Shown: one piece after another, positions 9,280-18,235 of the stretch | Layout: each line of letters starts with the position of its first letter | How positions within the stretch are numbered: the stretch's first letter is position 1 | NCBI GenBank assembly: GCA_036564885.1 | Contig: DATCOE010000054.1 | Coordinates: 7,198-71,197 of the forward strand | Direction of reading: 5' to 3' | Length of the DNA: 64,000 nt | DNA from: Gaiellaceae bacterium | GTDB taxonomy: Bacteria > Actinomycetota > Thermoleophilia > Gaiellales > Gaiellaceae | Position numbers and translations under genes: made by a program | Notes under the pieces: model-generated | Told to the model about the DNA's origin: nothing | What the model saw: only the letters and a program-made list of their open reading frames with translations | Databases searched by the model: none

Positions 9280-10386
9280 ATGGCCGAGGAACGGGACGCG
9301 CGGGCCGTCTGGGCGGGCTGCGAACGAGTCCTCGCCGGGTTCGACCCGCAGGCGCGCGATGCCCGAACCACGCTGCTCGCCCTCGCCGACCGGGCACCCG
9401 ACGAGACGCAGACCGACCGCTATGGCGGCGGGCCACTCGCCGAGCGGCTCGAGGCGCGGATCGCCGGCCTCCTTGGCAAGGAGGTCGCCGTCTGGATGCC
9501 GAGCGGAACGATGGCGCAGCAGATCGCCCTGCGAGTCCACGCCGGGCGAAGGGGGCTGAACGTGGTCGCGTTCCACCCGCAATGCCACCTCGAGGTGCAC
9601 GAGGAGCACGCCTACCAGTGGCTGCACGACCTCCGGACCGTCCTGCTCGGCGACCGCGAGCGGCTGATCACCGCCAACGACGTCAGCGAGCTGCGCGAGC
9701 CGGTCGCTGCCCTCCTGCTCGAGCTTCCCCAGCGAGACCTCGGTGGACAGCTGCCACCGTGGGATGACCTGATCGCGACCTGCGAGGCCGCGCGTGCCCA
9801 CGGCGCTGCGTTGCACCTCGACGGCGCGCGCCTCTGGCAGTGCGCGCCGTTCTACGGCCGGCCATTCGACGAGATCGCGGCGCTCTTCGACACCGTCTAC
9901 GTCTCCTTCTACAAGGACCTCGGCGCTCCGGCGGGGTGCGCGCTCGCGGGCCCGCAGGACCTGATCGACGAGGCGCGCGTGTGGCAGGTGCGCCACGGCG
10001 GCCGCCTCTTCAGCGCCTATCCCTTCCTACTCGCCGCCGAGCGCGGGCTCGACGAGGTGCTGCCCCGCCTCGTCGCGTACGTCGAGCGGGCGCGCGAGCT
10101 CGGCGTCACGCTCGCAGGCCTCGACGACGTATCGGTCGTCCCGGATCCTCCGCAGACGGCCATGTTCCACGTGCTGGTGCGGCGCCCGCTCGAGGCGCTC
10201 AGGGAGGCGAGCCTTGATCTCGCCGAGGAGACGAAGGTCTGGCTTGCGTTCTGGAACGAGACGGCCGACCCGCAAGTGCAGCGCTGCGAGCTGACAATCA
10301 CGGAGGCGAGCTTCGCGGTCTCGCCCGCCGAGGCGGGCGCGCTCTGGCAGGCGCTCCTCGAGCGGAGCGCTGAGAGCGCCCCCTAG
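9280..10386 (+). CDS. PLP-dependent threonine aldolase / beta-eliminating lyase family protein
   Basis: Fold-type I PLP pattern with the candidate PLP-lysine in VSFYKDLGAP. ATG at 9280 inside the long 8848..10386 ORF. Confidence 0.7.
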   Translation: MAEERDARAVWAGCERVLAGFDPQARDARTTLLALADRAPDETQTDRYGGGPLAERLEARIAGLLGKEVAVWMPSGTMAQQIALRVHAGRRGLNVVAFHPQCHLEVHEEHAYQWLHDLRTVLLGDRERLITANDVSELREPVAALLLELPQRDLGGQLPPWDDLIATCEAARAHGAALHLDGARLWQCAPFYGRPFDEIAALFDTVYVSFYKDLGAPAGCALAGPQDLIDEARVWQVRHGGRLFSAYPFLLAAERGLDEVLPRLVAYVERARELGVTLAGLDDVSVVPDPPQTAMFHVLVRRPLEALREASLDLAEETKVWLAFWNETADPQVQRCELTITEASFAVSPAEAGALWQALLERSAESAP

Positions 10387-10658
10387 AGCGCCTGCAGGCT
10401 GACGACCGTGCGGCGGCCGTCCCGCGTGAAGACGACGTCGACGGTGTCGTTTCGGCGGTAGGTGCCGGCGACGCCGAGGAACATCGAAAACCAGCGCCAG
10501 AAGCCCAGCCGGCCCTCCTCCGCCAACTCGCGCCGGAAGACGAGCATCCGGCCGACGCGGTCGTAGTCGACGCCCTCCTGCTGTGGCACGCCGTTCACGA
10601 ACACGTCGAACGATCCGGCCAACTGCTCCGGCAACTCCACCTGACTCCGCGGTTCCAC
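10383..10658 (-). CDS. Small conserved-looking hypothetical protein (91 aa)
   Basis: Very high GC3 across the ORF. Shares a CTAG stop with the convergent aldolase gene. No family recognised. Confidence 0.5.
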   Translation of the reverse strand: MEPRSQVELPEQLAGSFDVFVNGVPQQEGVDYDRVGRMLVFRRELAEEGRLGFWRWFSMFLGVAGTYRRNDTVDVVFTRDGRRTVVSLQAL

Positions 10659-10668
10659 CCCCTATACG

Positions 10669-11652
10669 ATGCCATTCGGCGTGCGCCGGACCGCCTTTGC
10701 CACCTTCGCAACGAGCATCGTCGCACTCGCGACGAGCGCGGTCGCCTACGCCGGGAACGGCGGTTTCCTGCCGGGAGAGGCGCATTCGCCGAACGCGCAC
10801 CGCATCAATGACGCGTTCATCTTCGTCTCGATCTTCACCGGCGTGATCTTCGTGATCGTCGAGGGCGCGCTGATCGCCTTCATCGTCAAGTACCGCCGCG
10901 GCAAGCGTGCGCGGTCGACCGAAGGGCCGCAGATCCACGGCGCGACGCGCCTGGAGATCATCTGGACCGTGATCCCGGTGCTGATCCTGGCCGCGATCGG
11001 GTCGTTCGTCTTCTACAAGCTGCCGGGTATCGCCGACGCGCCAAAGGCCGCAGCCGCGGATCAGACGACGATCACGATCGAAGGCCATCAGTTCTACTGG
11101 CTCTTCCGCTATCCGAACGGCGCCGTGTCGGTCGACCGGATGATCGCGCCGGCCGACCAGGTCGTGCACGAAGACATCGTGGGCTACGACTACGACGTCA
11201 ACCACTCCTGGTGGGTGACCGACCTCGGTGGCAAGGTCGACGCCATCCCCGGCACAACGAACCACACCTGGTTCAAGGCGCCCGCAGGGACGTACATCGC
11301 ACGTTGCGCCGAGCTCTGCGGCATCCAACACGCGCTGATGGATGCCACCGTTCACGTCGTGCCGCGCGCGCAGTACGACGAGTTCGTCCAGCAGCGCGCG
11401 GCGAACGCAGCCGGCGTGCAGCTCGGTCACGAGGAGTGGGTCGGCGTCTGTCAGAAGTGCCATCGCCTCGACCACGCCTATGTCGGGCCGGCTCTCGGCG
11501 GAAACTCCCTGCTCAGCGACCGCAAGGGGATCGAGACGCTCCTGCGCAACGGGAGAGGTCAGATGCCCGCCGTCGGCAAGAACTGGACCGGTGCGCAGAT
11601 CGACGCGCTGATTTCCTGGACGAAGCAGTACGTGAAGAGCGGCCCCAAGTAA
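10669..11652 (+). CDS. ctaC: Cytochrome c oxidase subunit II with fused C-terminal cytochrome c domain (caa3-type)
   Basis: CuA site CAELCGIQHALM, heme-c site CQKCH, and an N-terminal signal/TM segment. Confidence 0.9.
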   Translation: MPFGVRRTAFATFATSIVALATSAVAYAGNGGFLPGEAHSPNAHRINDAFIFVSIFTGVIFVIVEGALIAFIVKYRRGKRARSTEGPQIHGATRLEIIWTVIPVLILAAIGSFVFYKLPGIADAPKAAAADQTTITIEGHQFYWLFRYPNGAVSVDRMIAPADQVVHEDIVGYDYDVNHSWWVTDLGGKVDAIPGTTNHTWFKAPAGTYIARCAELCGIQHALMDATVHVVPRAQYDEFVQQRAANAAGVQLGHEEWVGVCQKCHRLDHAYVGPALGGNSLLSDRKGIETLLRNGRGQMPAVGKNWTGAQIDALISWTKQYVKSGPK

Positions 11653-13295
11653 TGGCCGTCAACGTCGAGTCGGTCCGCCCGTACCGCGCCGACTGGCGCC
11701 GGGGAAACGTGACGTCGTGGCTGACGACAGTCGACCACAAGCGAATCGGGATCCTCTACATCGCGACGTCGCTCGTCTTCTTCGCGATCGGCGGAGTCCT
11801 CGCCCTCGCGATCCGGACCCAGCTGCTGACGCCTGACGAGTCGTTCCTGACGAAGAGCTCCTACAACCAGGTTGTGACGATCCACGGCACGACGATGATC
11901 TTCCTCGTCATCGTCCCGATCCTCGCCGGCTTCGGCAACTACCTCGTCCCGCTGATGATCGGCGCGCGCGACATGGCCTTCCCACGGCTGAACGCGCTCT
12001 CGTACTGGCTGTTCCTGCTCGGCGGCATCGTGCTGTACCTCAGCTTCTTCGCGAAGGGTGGGGCCGCCGCGAGCGGCTGGACCGCGTACACCCCGCTCTC
12101 GACGCTGCACTCACCGGGAAGCGGCCAGGACCTGTGGATCCTCAGCCTGCACATCCTTTCGATCGCCTCTCTCCTGAGCGCGATCAACCTCATCGTGACG
12201 GTGCACAACATGCGCACAGCGGGGATGTCGTGGATGCGCATCCCGCTCTTCGTGTGGGCGATGGTCACGTACGCCTGGATGCTCGTGATCGTGCTGCCGG
12301 TGCTGTCGGCAGGGCTCACGCTGATGCTGCTCGACCGCCAGGCGGGAACGCACTTTTTCGATCCTGCACACGGGGGCAGCCCGATCCTCTACCAGCACGT
12401 CTTCTGGTTCTTCGGGCACCCCGAGGTCTACATCATGGTCCTACCTGCGATGGGAATCGTCTCGGAGGTCCTGCCGGTCTTCTCGCGCAAGCCGATCTTC
12501 GGCTACAAGGCCGTCGCGATCTCGACGGTCGGCATCGCGTTCTACTCGCTCCTCGTCTGGGCGCACCACATGTTCGCGGTTGGCATGCCGATCGGCCTCG
12601 ACATCTTCTTCATGCTCAGCTCGATGATCATCGCCATCCCGACCGGCGTGAAGATCTTCAACTGGCTCGCGACGATCTGGCGCGGCAGCATCTCCTTCGA
12701 CACGCCGATGCTCTGGGTGCTCGGCTTTATCGGCGTCTTTACGATCGGTGGCCTTTCGGGGATCTTCCTCGCCGCGTTTCCGATCGACTGGCAGGTCACA
12801 GACACCTACTTCGTCGTCGCCCACCTGCACTACGTCCTCTTCGGCGGCTCGATCTTCGGGATCTTCGGCGGCCTCTACTACTGGTGGCCGAAGATGTTCG
12901 GTCGCGTGCTCGACGAGGGCCTCGGGAAGGTGCATTTCTGGCTTGTGTTCGTCGGCTTCAACCTGACGTTTATGCCGCAGCACTTCCTCGGCCTGCTCGG
13001 CATGCCGCGCCGCATCTACACCTACCACGCGCATGGGCTGTGGGAGGCTTACAACATGGCCTCCACCATCGGCTCGTACGTGATGGCAATCGGAATGCTC
13101 GTCTTCGTCGCCAACGTCGTGAAGACGACGCGAACCGGCGCGCGCGCAGGCAACGACCCGTGGGGCGGCGACACGCTCGAGTGGTACACCTCCTCGCCCC
13201 CGCCGGCCTGGAACTTCGACACGGTTCCGTACGTCACGGGCGCACGGCCGCTGCGCGACCTGCGCCGCCGCCTCGCAGAGACGCGTGGGTTTTAA
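11652..13295 (+). CDS. ctaD: Cytochrome c oxidase subunit I (A-family)
   Basis: WFFGHPEVYI and WAHHMF motifs. The ATG overlaps the ctaC TAA (TAATG). Confidence 0.95.
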   Translation: MAVNVESVRPYRADWRRGNVTSWLTTVDHKRIGILYIATSLVFFAIGGVLALAIRTQLLTPDESFLTKSSYNQVVTIHGTTMIFLVIVPILAGFGNYLVPLMIGARDMAFPRLNALSYWLFLLGGIVLYLSFFAKGGAAASGWTAYTPLSTLHSPGSGQDLWILSLHILSIASLLSAINLIVTVHNMRTAGMSWMRIPLFVWAMVTYAWMLVIVLPVLSAGLTLMLLDRQAGTHFFDPAHGGSPILYQHVFWFFGHPEVYIMVLPAMGIVSEVLPVFSRKPIFGYKAVAISTVGIAFYSLLVWAHHMFAVGMPIGLDIFFMLSSMIIAIPTGVKIFNWLATIWRGSISFDTPMLWVLGFIGVFTIGGLSGIFLAAFPIDWQVTDTYFVVAHLHYVLFGGSIFGIFGGLYYWWPKMFGRVLDEGLGKVHFWLVFVGFNLTFMPQHFLGLLGMPRRIYTYHAHGLWEAYNMASTIGSYVMAIGMLVFVANVVKTTRTGARAGNDPWGGDTLEWYTSSPPPAWNFDTVPYVTGARPLRDLRRRLAETRGF

Positions 13296-13309
13296 GTGGG
13301 AACCGTCTG

Positions 13310-14479
13310 ATGGGAGCTTGGGCGCGCTTAACGGCGCTCGCCGCCGTCGCGGGAACCGGCCTCGCGGTCGTCTCCGGCGCAGCAGGCTGGGGCACCACGC
13401 ACCGCGTGCTCGCCGCCCTCGCCCTGCCGCCGCTCGCCGCGCTCGCGGCAATCGCCTGGGTGTCCGCCCGCCGCCTGCTCCCCTCGACCCTCGCGGCGCT
13501 TGTCCTCTTCGGGCTCGCAGCACTCCTCGTCGGGCGCGACGTCCATCTTGCGCTTGCATCGCTGGCGTTCGGCGCGACGGTGCTCGCCGCCGCTCGCACC
13601 TTCCAGGGTCACGTCGACCGTGCACTGTGGCGGGACTACGTCACGCTCACGAAACCGCGCATCATGTCGCTGCTCCTTCTGACGGGCGGCGCGGGCGCGT
13701 TCGTCGGCGCGAGCGGCGTGCCGGCCTGGGGCGCATTCGCCGCGACAATGGTCGGCCTCGCACTTGCGTGCGGCGGCGCCTCTGCGCTCAACCACTATCT
13801 CGACCGCGACATCGACAAGCTGATGGGAGCGCGCACCGCGCAGCGTCCGGTCGCGTCCGGTCGCATGTTGCCGGAACGAGCGCTCGAGTTCGGGCTCGCG
13901 CTGTCTGCGTTCTCGTTCGTGCTCCTCGACTCGCTCGTCAATCTACCGACGGCCATACTCGCACTCGCCGGCAACCTCTTCTACGTGCTCGTCTACACGC
14001 GCTGGCTGAAGCGCTCGACGCCGCAGAACATCGTGATCGGCGGCGCCGCCGGTGCGGTCCCGCCGCTCGTCGGATACGCGGGCGCGAGCGGGCATCTCGG
14101 CTGGGCGGCGCTCGTGATGTTCGTCGTCGTCTTCGTGTGGACGCCGCCGCATTTCTGGGCGCTCGCGCTGATGATCAAGGAGCACTACGCGCGCGCCGGC
14201 GTGCCGATGCTGCCCGTCGCGAAAGGTGACCGCGAGACCGCCCGGCAGATCGTCTGGTACACCGCACTACTCGTCGCGGTCACGCTCGCGCCGGTTGCAT
14301 TCGGCGTGTTCGGCGTTGTCTACGGCCTCTCGGCCGCGGTCCTCGGCGCGGCGTTTGCGTGGTACGCGCTCGAGCTACGCCGCACGATGGAGCGCGTCGC
14401 GGCCGTGCGCCTCTTTCACTACTCGCTCCTCTATCTCGCGCTCCTCTTCGTCGCGATGGCCCTGGACTCGATGGTCTGA
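13310..14479 (+). CDS. ctaB: Protoheme IX farnesyltransferase (heme O synthase) with a ~105-aa N-terminal membrane extension
   Basis: UbiA motif NHYLDRDIDKLM. ATG at 13310 inside the artefactual 781-aa ORF 12134..14479. Confidence 0.85.
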   Translation: MGAWARLTALAAVAGTGLAVVSGAAGWGTTHRVLAALALPPLAALAAIAWVSARRLLPSTLAALVLFGLAALLVGRDVHLALASLAFGATVLAAARTFQGHVDRALWRDYVTLTKPRIMSLLLLTGGAGAFVGASGVPAWGAFAATMVGLALACGGASALNHYLDRDIDKLMGARTAQRPVASGRMLPERALEFGLALSAFSFVLLDSLVNLPTAILALAGNLFYVLVYTRWLKRSTPQNIVIGGAAGAVPPLVGYAGASGHLGWAALVMFVVVFVWTPPHFWALALMIKEHYARAGVPMLPVAKGDRETARQIVWYTALLVAVTLAPVAFGVFGVVYGLSAAVLGAAFAWYALELRRTMERVAAVRLFHYSLLYLALLFVAMALDSMV

Positions 14480-14610
14480 TGGTCGAGCACCTCTCCGACG
14501 GCGCGGTCGCACGCAAGAACATGCAGTGGGGCTGGGCACTCTTCGGCCTTTTCTGGCTTCTTTTCGGCGGCACGGTCGGCGTCGCGCTCATCTACCTCTG
14601 GCTCGATTAG
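14479..14610 (+). CDS. 43-aa single-TM micro-protein translationally coupled to ctaB
   Basis: TGATG overlap with the ctaB stop, high GC3, and the hydrophobic helix WALFGLFWLLFGGTVGVALIYLW. Confidence 0.45.
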   Translation: MVEHLSDGAVARKNMQWGWALFGLFWLLFGGTVGVALIYLWLD

Positions 14611-14628
14611 CGCCATCGGCGGGCACGC

Positions 14629-15741
14629 GTGGAGAGCATCTGGATCACGAAGCTCGGCCCGGGCCCGGAGGGCCGACGGCTCGCCGTCAAGGACCTGTTC
14701 GACACAGCGGGCATCCGCACGACCTACGGGTCGGCAGTGTTTGCCGACAACGTCCCGGCCGCCTCCGCAGAGGCGGTGGTGCGGCTCGAGGCTGCCGGGT
14801 GGACGAACGTCGGCAAGGCGAACCTGCACGAGTTCGCGTACGGCGTGACGTCGCAGAACCTCCACTACGGCGTCGTTCCGAACCCCTCGTTTCCCGGCCG
14901 CACGGCTGGCGGGTCGAGCGGCGGATCGGCCGCGGCACTGGCCGCGGGCCTCGCGGACGGCGCGCTCGGGAGCGACACCGGCGGCTCGATTCGGATCCCG
15001 GCCGCGTGCTGCGGCATCGTCGGTTTCAAGCCCAGCTTTGGCGTCGTGCCGATCGAGGGTGTCTTCCCGCTCGCGCCCTCGTTCGACCACGCGGGCCCGA
15101 TGGCCCGCGACGTCGCGGGCTGCATCACCTTGATGGAGGCGCTCGTCCCCGGGTTCGGCGTAGTGCCGCTCGAGTCGCTCGAGGAGGTACGAGTCGGCGT
15201 TGCGTGGGCCGACCGCTGCGCGCCGCTCGTGCGCGAGCGGCTACTCGCGGCCGCGGCACGCTTCCCGCGGAATACGGCGGTGGAGTTCCCGACCGCCGAC
15301 GGGGCTCACCCGGTGTTCCAGCGCGAGGTCGGCGACGTCCACCGCGACCTCTATCCGGAGCACGCCGAGCTCTACGGCGAGAACATCCGCGCGAAGATCG
15401 AACGCTGCATCGCAGTCGACGACGCCACGGTGGACGCCGCACGGTGGGCGCGCAACGAGCACGCCGAACAGGCGGCCACCGCGCTCGACGGCTTCGATCT
15501 GCTGCTCGCCCCGACGCTGCCCTTCGTGGCACCGGCCGCCGGCGTCGTCGAGACCGAGATCCGGGGCGAGATGACGCTCTTCACGTTCCCGTTCAACGCC
15601 CTCGGTTGGCCTTCGCTCGCCCTGCCCTGCGGGGCGGCTGAGCACGGACTTTTGGCGTCGTTACAAGTGATCGGCCGCCCAGGAGCCGACGGAGCGGTGC
15701 TCGCGGCAGGCCTCGCGCTCGAAGCCGCTCTCAAGGCCTGA
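14629..15741 (+). CDS. Amidase-signature family enzyme (short form)
   Basis: GGSSGGSAAALA amidase signature and the catalytic Lys context AVKDLFD. Confidence 0.85.
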   Translation: MESIWITKLGPGPEGRRLAVKDLFDTAGIRTTYGSAVFADNVPAASAEAVVRLEAAGWTNVGKANLHEFAYGVTSQNLHYGVVPNPSFPGRTAGGSSGGSAAALAAGLADGALGSDTGGSIRIPAACCGIVGFKPSFGVVPIEGVFPLAPSFDHAGPMARDVAGCITLMEALVPGFGVVPLESLEEVRVGVAWADRCAPLVRERLLAAAARFPRNTAVEFPTADGAHPVFQREVGDVHRDLYPEHAELYGENIRAKIERCIAVDDATVDAARWARNEHAEQAATALDGFDLLLAPTLPFVAPAAGVVETEIRGEMTLFTFPFNALGWPSLALPCGAAEHGLLASLQVIGRPGADGAVLAAGLALEAALKA

Positions 15742-15768
15742 GCCGGCTCTGCCGAAGAGGAAGGAGGA

Positions 15769-17469
15769 ATGAAACGGCTCGTCCTCGTCCTCGCCGCCAC
15801 GCTCGCGCTGGTGCCCTCCGCCGGCGCGCGCCAGCTTGCCGGGCCCACGCCGTTCCACGCGGCGAGCAGCGCGCCCGCGGGGCTGCACGCGTTCCTCCTG
15901 CGCCCCGACGAGGCACCGCTGCGCTACTACCCGCGCACCCCTTCGTTCTCGTGGTCCCCGGTCACAAAGCCGAGCGGCACCTACACCTTCGAGCTCGCGA
16001 CGAGCCGCGGGTTCAGCAACTCATCGGTGCTCTTCACCTACACCAAGATCGCGATCCCGGTGCTCGCTGTGCCTCATCAACTGCCATGGATGACGGGCCT
16101 CCCCTACGCGCTCTGGGCGCACGTCCGCTGGGAGTCCGCCAACGGGAAGATCGTGACTCCGTGGAGCCAGCCGTTCGGCTTCAACATGCGCTGGACGGAC
16201 GACGACTACCCGCAACAGCTGACCGCGCCTGAGGGGCTCATCCGGTGGAAGCCGATCGAGGGCGCGACGCGCTACGAGGTGCTGTTCCCCGACATCCGGC
16301 CGGCCGAGTCGTTCCAGACGACGACGAATGTCGCCGACGAACGCGAGTTCTTCACGCTCCACGACACCCCGGCCCTCACGTCGGCGATCCACTGGCGCGT
16401 ACGTGCGCTCCGCAACATGTACGACGCGGAGCTCAAGAACGGTCTGCCGCGTGTGTCGTACGGGCCGTGGAGCAAGCTGTTCACGAGCGTGAACCCACCG
16501 CAGTCGCTCGGCTTGCTCTCAGCGACCGACACGATCTCAGACGCATGGGACAAGAAGGGCAAGCCCGCGTCGCCGCATGAGCTGACGCCCGGCTTCGCCT
16601 GGGCGCCCTCGGCGCCGACGCTGAGCCAAATCGGCGCCTTCGGCTCCAACCTCTACCGCGTCTACATCTTCACCGACGACCACTGCGTGAACGTCATTTT
16701 CAAAGGCTCGGTTGTCGGCTCCCCTGCGTACGCACCGCGAACGCAAGGCGGCCCCCTCAACCTCCCGCAGTCGACGGCGGATCTCACCACATGGACAGAC
16801 CCTCCCTACTTCATCGAGCACGGCGTCGAAGGGAAATCCACCGACGCGACCGGGCAGGTGGTCGTATCGGCCGAGTCGACCGCGAGCCCAGGTGTCGATG
16901 CGAAGGTCGACCTGTGGGATTCCGGGTGGCCGAACAGCCGCTACTACTGGACGGTCGTGCCGGTGTCGGTTGAGCCGTCCGGATTGTATGACCCAAACGC
17001 CGCGTCTCACCCGATCGCCTACGAGGACCTCGCCATCCCACAGGACTCCTGTGAAGCCGGACTCGGGATGAGCTTCAGCAAGATCTCCCAGCCGGCCGTG
17101 ACCGCGAGCTCGACAAACGTGCCATGGGTGACCGGGGTCAACCCCAACGGCCGCGTCGTCGCGTCGGCATCGAAAGTGCCGGCGGTGCACGACTCCCCAC
17201 TGGTCGCGTGGGAGCCCGCAGTCGGAGCGACGAAGTACGACGTCGAGGTCTCGCACCAGAGATACCCGTGGAAGGCCGGCGATCGACACTGGCAGACTGC
17301 GGCGACCGCGATCGTGCTCCCGCTCGACAAAGGCCCCACCTCCGTTGGCCTTTGGTGGTACCGCGTGCGCGGGATCAACCCGGCCCTCCCGGTGGGCGCG
17401 GACACTATGACGTGGTCGAAGCCGGTTGGATTCCGCGTCACCGGCGACCGCTTCGTCATCGTCAAGTAG
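15769..17469 (+). CDS. Secreted hypothetical protein (566 aa) with FN3-like repeat signatures
   Basis: Signal peptide MKRLVLVLAATLALVPSAGA. SD AGGAAGGAGGA upstream. Repeated W-x-P-x-x-GA-x-x-Y-x-V segments. Confidence 0.75.
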   Translation: MKRLVLVLAATLALVPSAGARQLAGPTPFHAASSAPAGLHAFLLRPDEAPLRYYPRTPSFSWSPVTKPSGTYTFELATSRGFSNSSVLFTYTKIAIPVLAVPHQLPWMTGLPYALWAHVRWESANGKIVTPWSQPFGFNMRWTDDDYPQQLTAPEGLIRWKPIEGATRYEVLFPDIRPAESFQTTTNVADEREFFTLHDTPALTSAIHWRVRALRNMYDAELKNGLPRVSYGPWSKLFTSVNPPQSLGLLSATDTISDAWDKKGKPASPHELTPGFAWAPSAPTLSQIGAFGSNLYRVYIFTDDHCVNVIFKGSVVGSPAYAPRTQGGPLNLPQSTADLTTWTDPPYFIEHGVEGKSTDATGQVVVSAESTASPGVDAKVDLWDSGWPNSRYYWTVVPVSVEPSGLYDPNAASHPIAYEDLAIPQDSCEAGLGMSFSKISQPAVTASSTNVPWVTGVNPNGRVVASASKVPAVHDSPLVAWEPAVGATKYDVEVSHQRYPWKAGDRHWQTAATAIVLPLDKGPTSVGLWWYRVRGINPALPVGADTMTWSKPVGFRVTGDRFVIVK

Positions 17470-17479
17470 CGTTTACGGC

Positions 17480-18235
17480 GTGACCGCCGCCGCGCTCGAC
17501 TTCGCGCACGAGCTCGCGGACATCGCAGACGCGATCACGATGGGTAGCTTTCGCGCGCTCGACCTGCGCGTCGACACGAAGCCCGACCTGTCGCCGGTTT
17601 CGGAGGCTGACCGCAACGCCGAGCAGGCCGTGCGCGATCGCGTCCGGGACTCGGGGCGCGGCGAGGGCGTGCTCGGTGAAGAGTTCGGCGACGACGGCGG
17701 GGACGTCAAGTGGATCGTCGACCCGATCGACGGCACCACGTCGTACGTGCGCGGCGTGCCGGTGTGGGCGACGCTGCTCGCACTGGAGCGCGAGGGCGTG
17801 GTCGAGCTCGGCCTCGTCTCGGCGCCTGCGCTCGGGCGCCGCTGGTGGGCGCTCCGCGGCGAGGGTGCGTACGCAAACGGCGAGCGCTGCCGGGTCTCGT
17901 CGATCGCGCGCATCGAGGACTGCGCCGTCACGACGACCTCGGCGAGGAACATGCCGGACGGCTGGCGGACGATCGTGCAGCGCGCGTGGTCGAATCGCGG
18001 CCTCGGCGACTTCTGGCAGTACTGCCTCGTCGCGGAGGGATCGGTCGACATCGCCTGCGACCCCGTCATGCACGTCTGGGACTACGCGCCCGTGCAGATC
18101 CTGGTCGAGGAAGCGGGCGGGCGCTGCACCACGTTCACGGGCGGCGAGGCCGAGGAGCTCGGCAGCTTCGTCGGCACGAACGGCCTCCTGCACGACGAGG
18201 CCGTCACGCTCCTTGGTAGTGGTGGTGGTGTCTGA
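17480..18235 (+). CDS. hisN: Inositol-monophosphatase-family protein, histidinol-phosphatase HisN-like
   Basis: WIVDPIDGT and WDYAP IMPase motifs. GTG 17480 is the first start after the preceding stop. The stop codon lies inside repeat copy A1. Confidence 0.75.
   Translation: MTAAALDFAHELADIADAITMGSFRALDLRVDTKPDLSPVSEADRNAEQAVRDRVRDSGRGEGVLGEEFGDDGGDVKWIVDPIDGTTSYVRGVPVWATLLALEREGVVELGLVSAPALGRRWWALRGEGAYANGERCRVSSIARIEDCAVTTTSARNMPDGWRTIVQRAWSNRGLGDFWQYCLVAEGSVDIACDPVMHVWDYAPVQILVEEAGGRCTTFTGGEAEELGSFVGTNGLLHDEAVTLLGSGGGV

Noticed and set aside
10383-10386. Palindromic CTAG serving as the stop codon for both members of a convergent gene pair (also at 60519-60522).
   Set aside because: This is real but trivial. 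TAG on both strands of CTAG is a common way for convergent genes to abut in compact genomes.
12134-14479. 781-aa ORF that seems to fuse an upstream region to ctaB. Similar N-terminal extensions appear on many listed ORFs (8848-10386, 11211-13295, 21632-23830, 41168-42697, 61994-63658).
   Set aside because: The upstream portions overlap the preceding gene in another frame and are compositionally non-coding. Internal starts restore typical protein lengths and give coupled start/stop overlaps.
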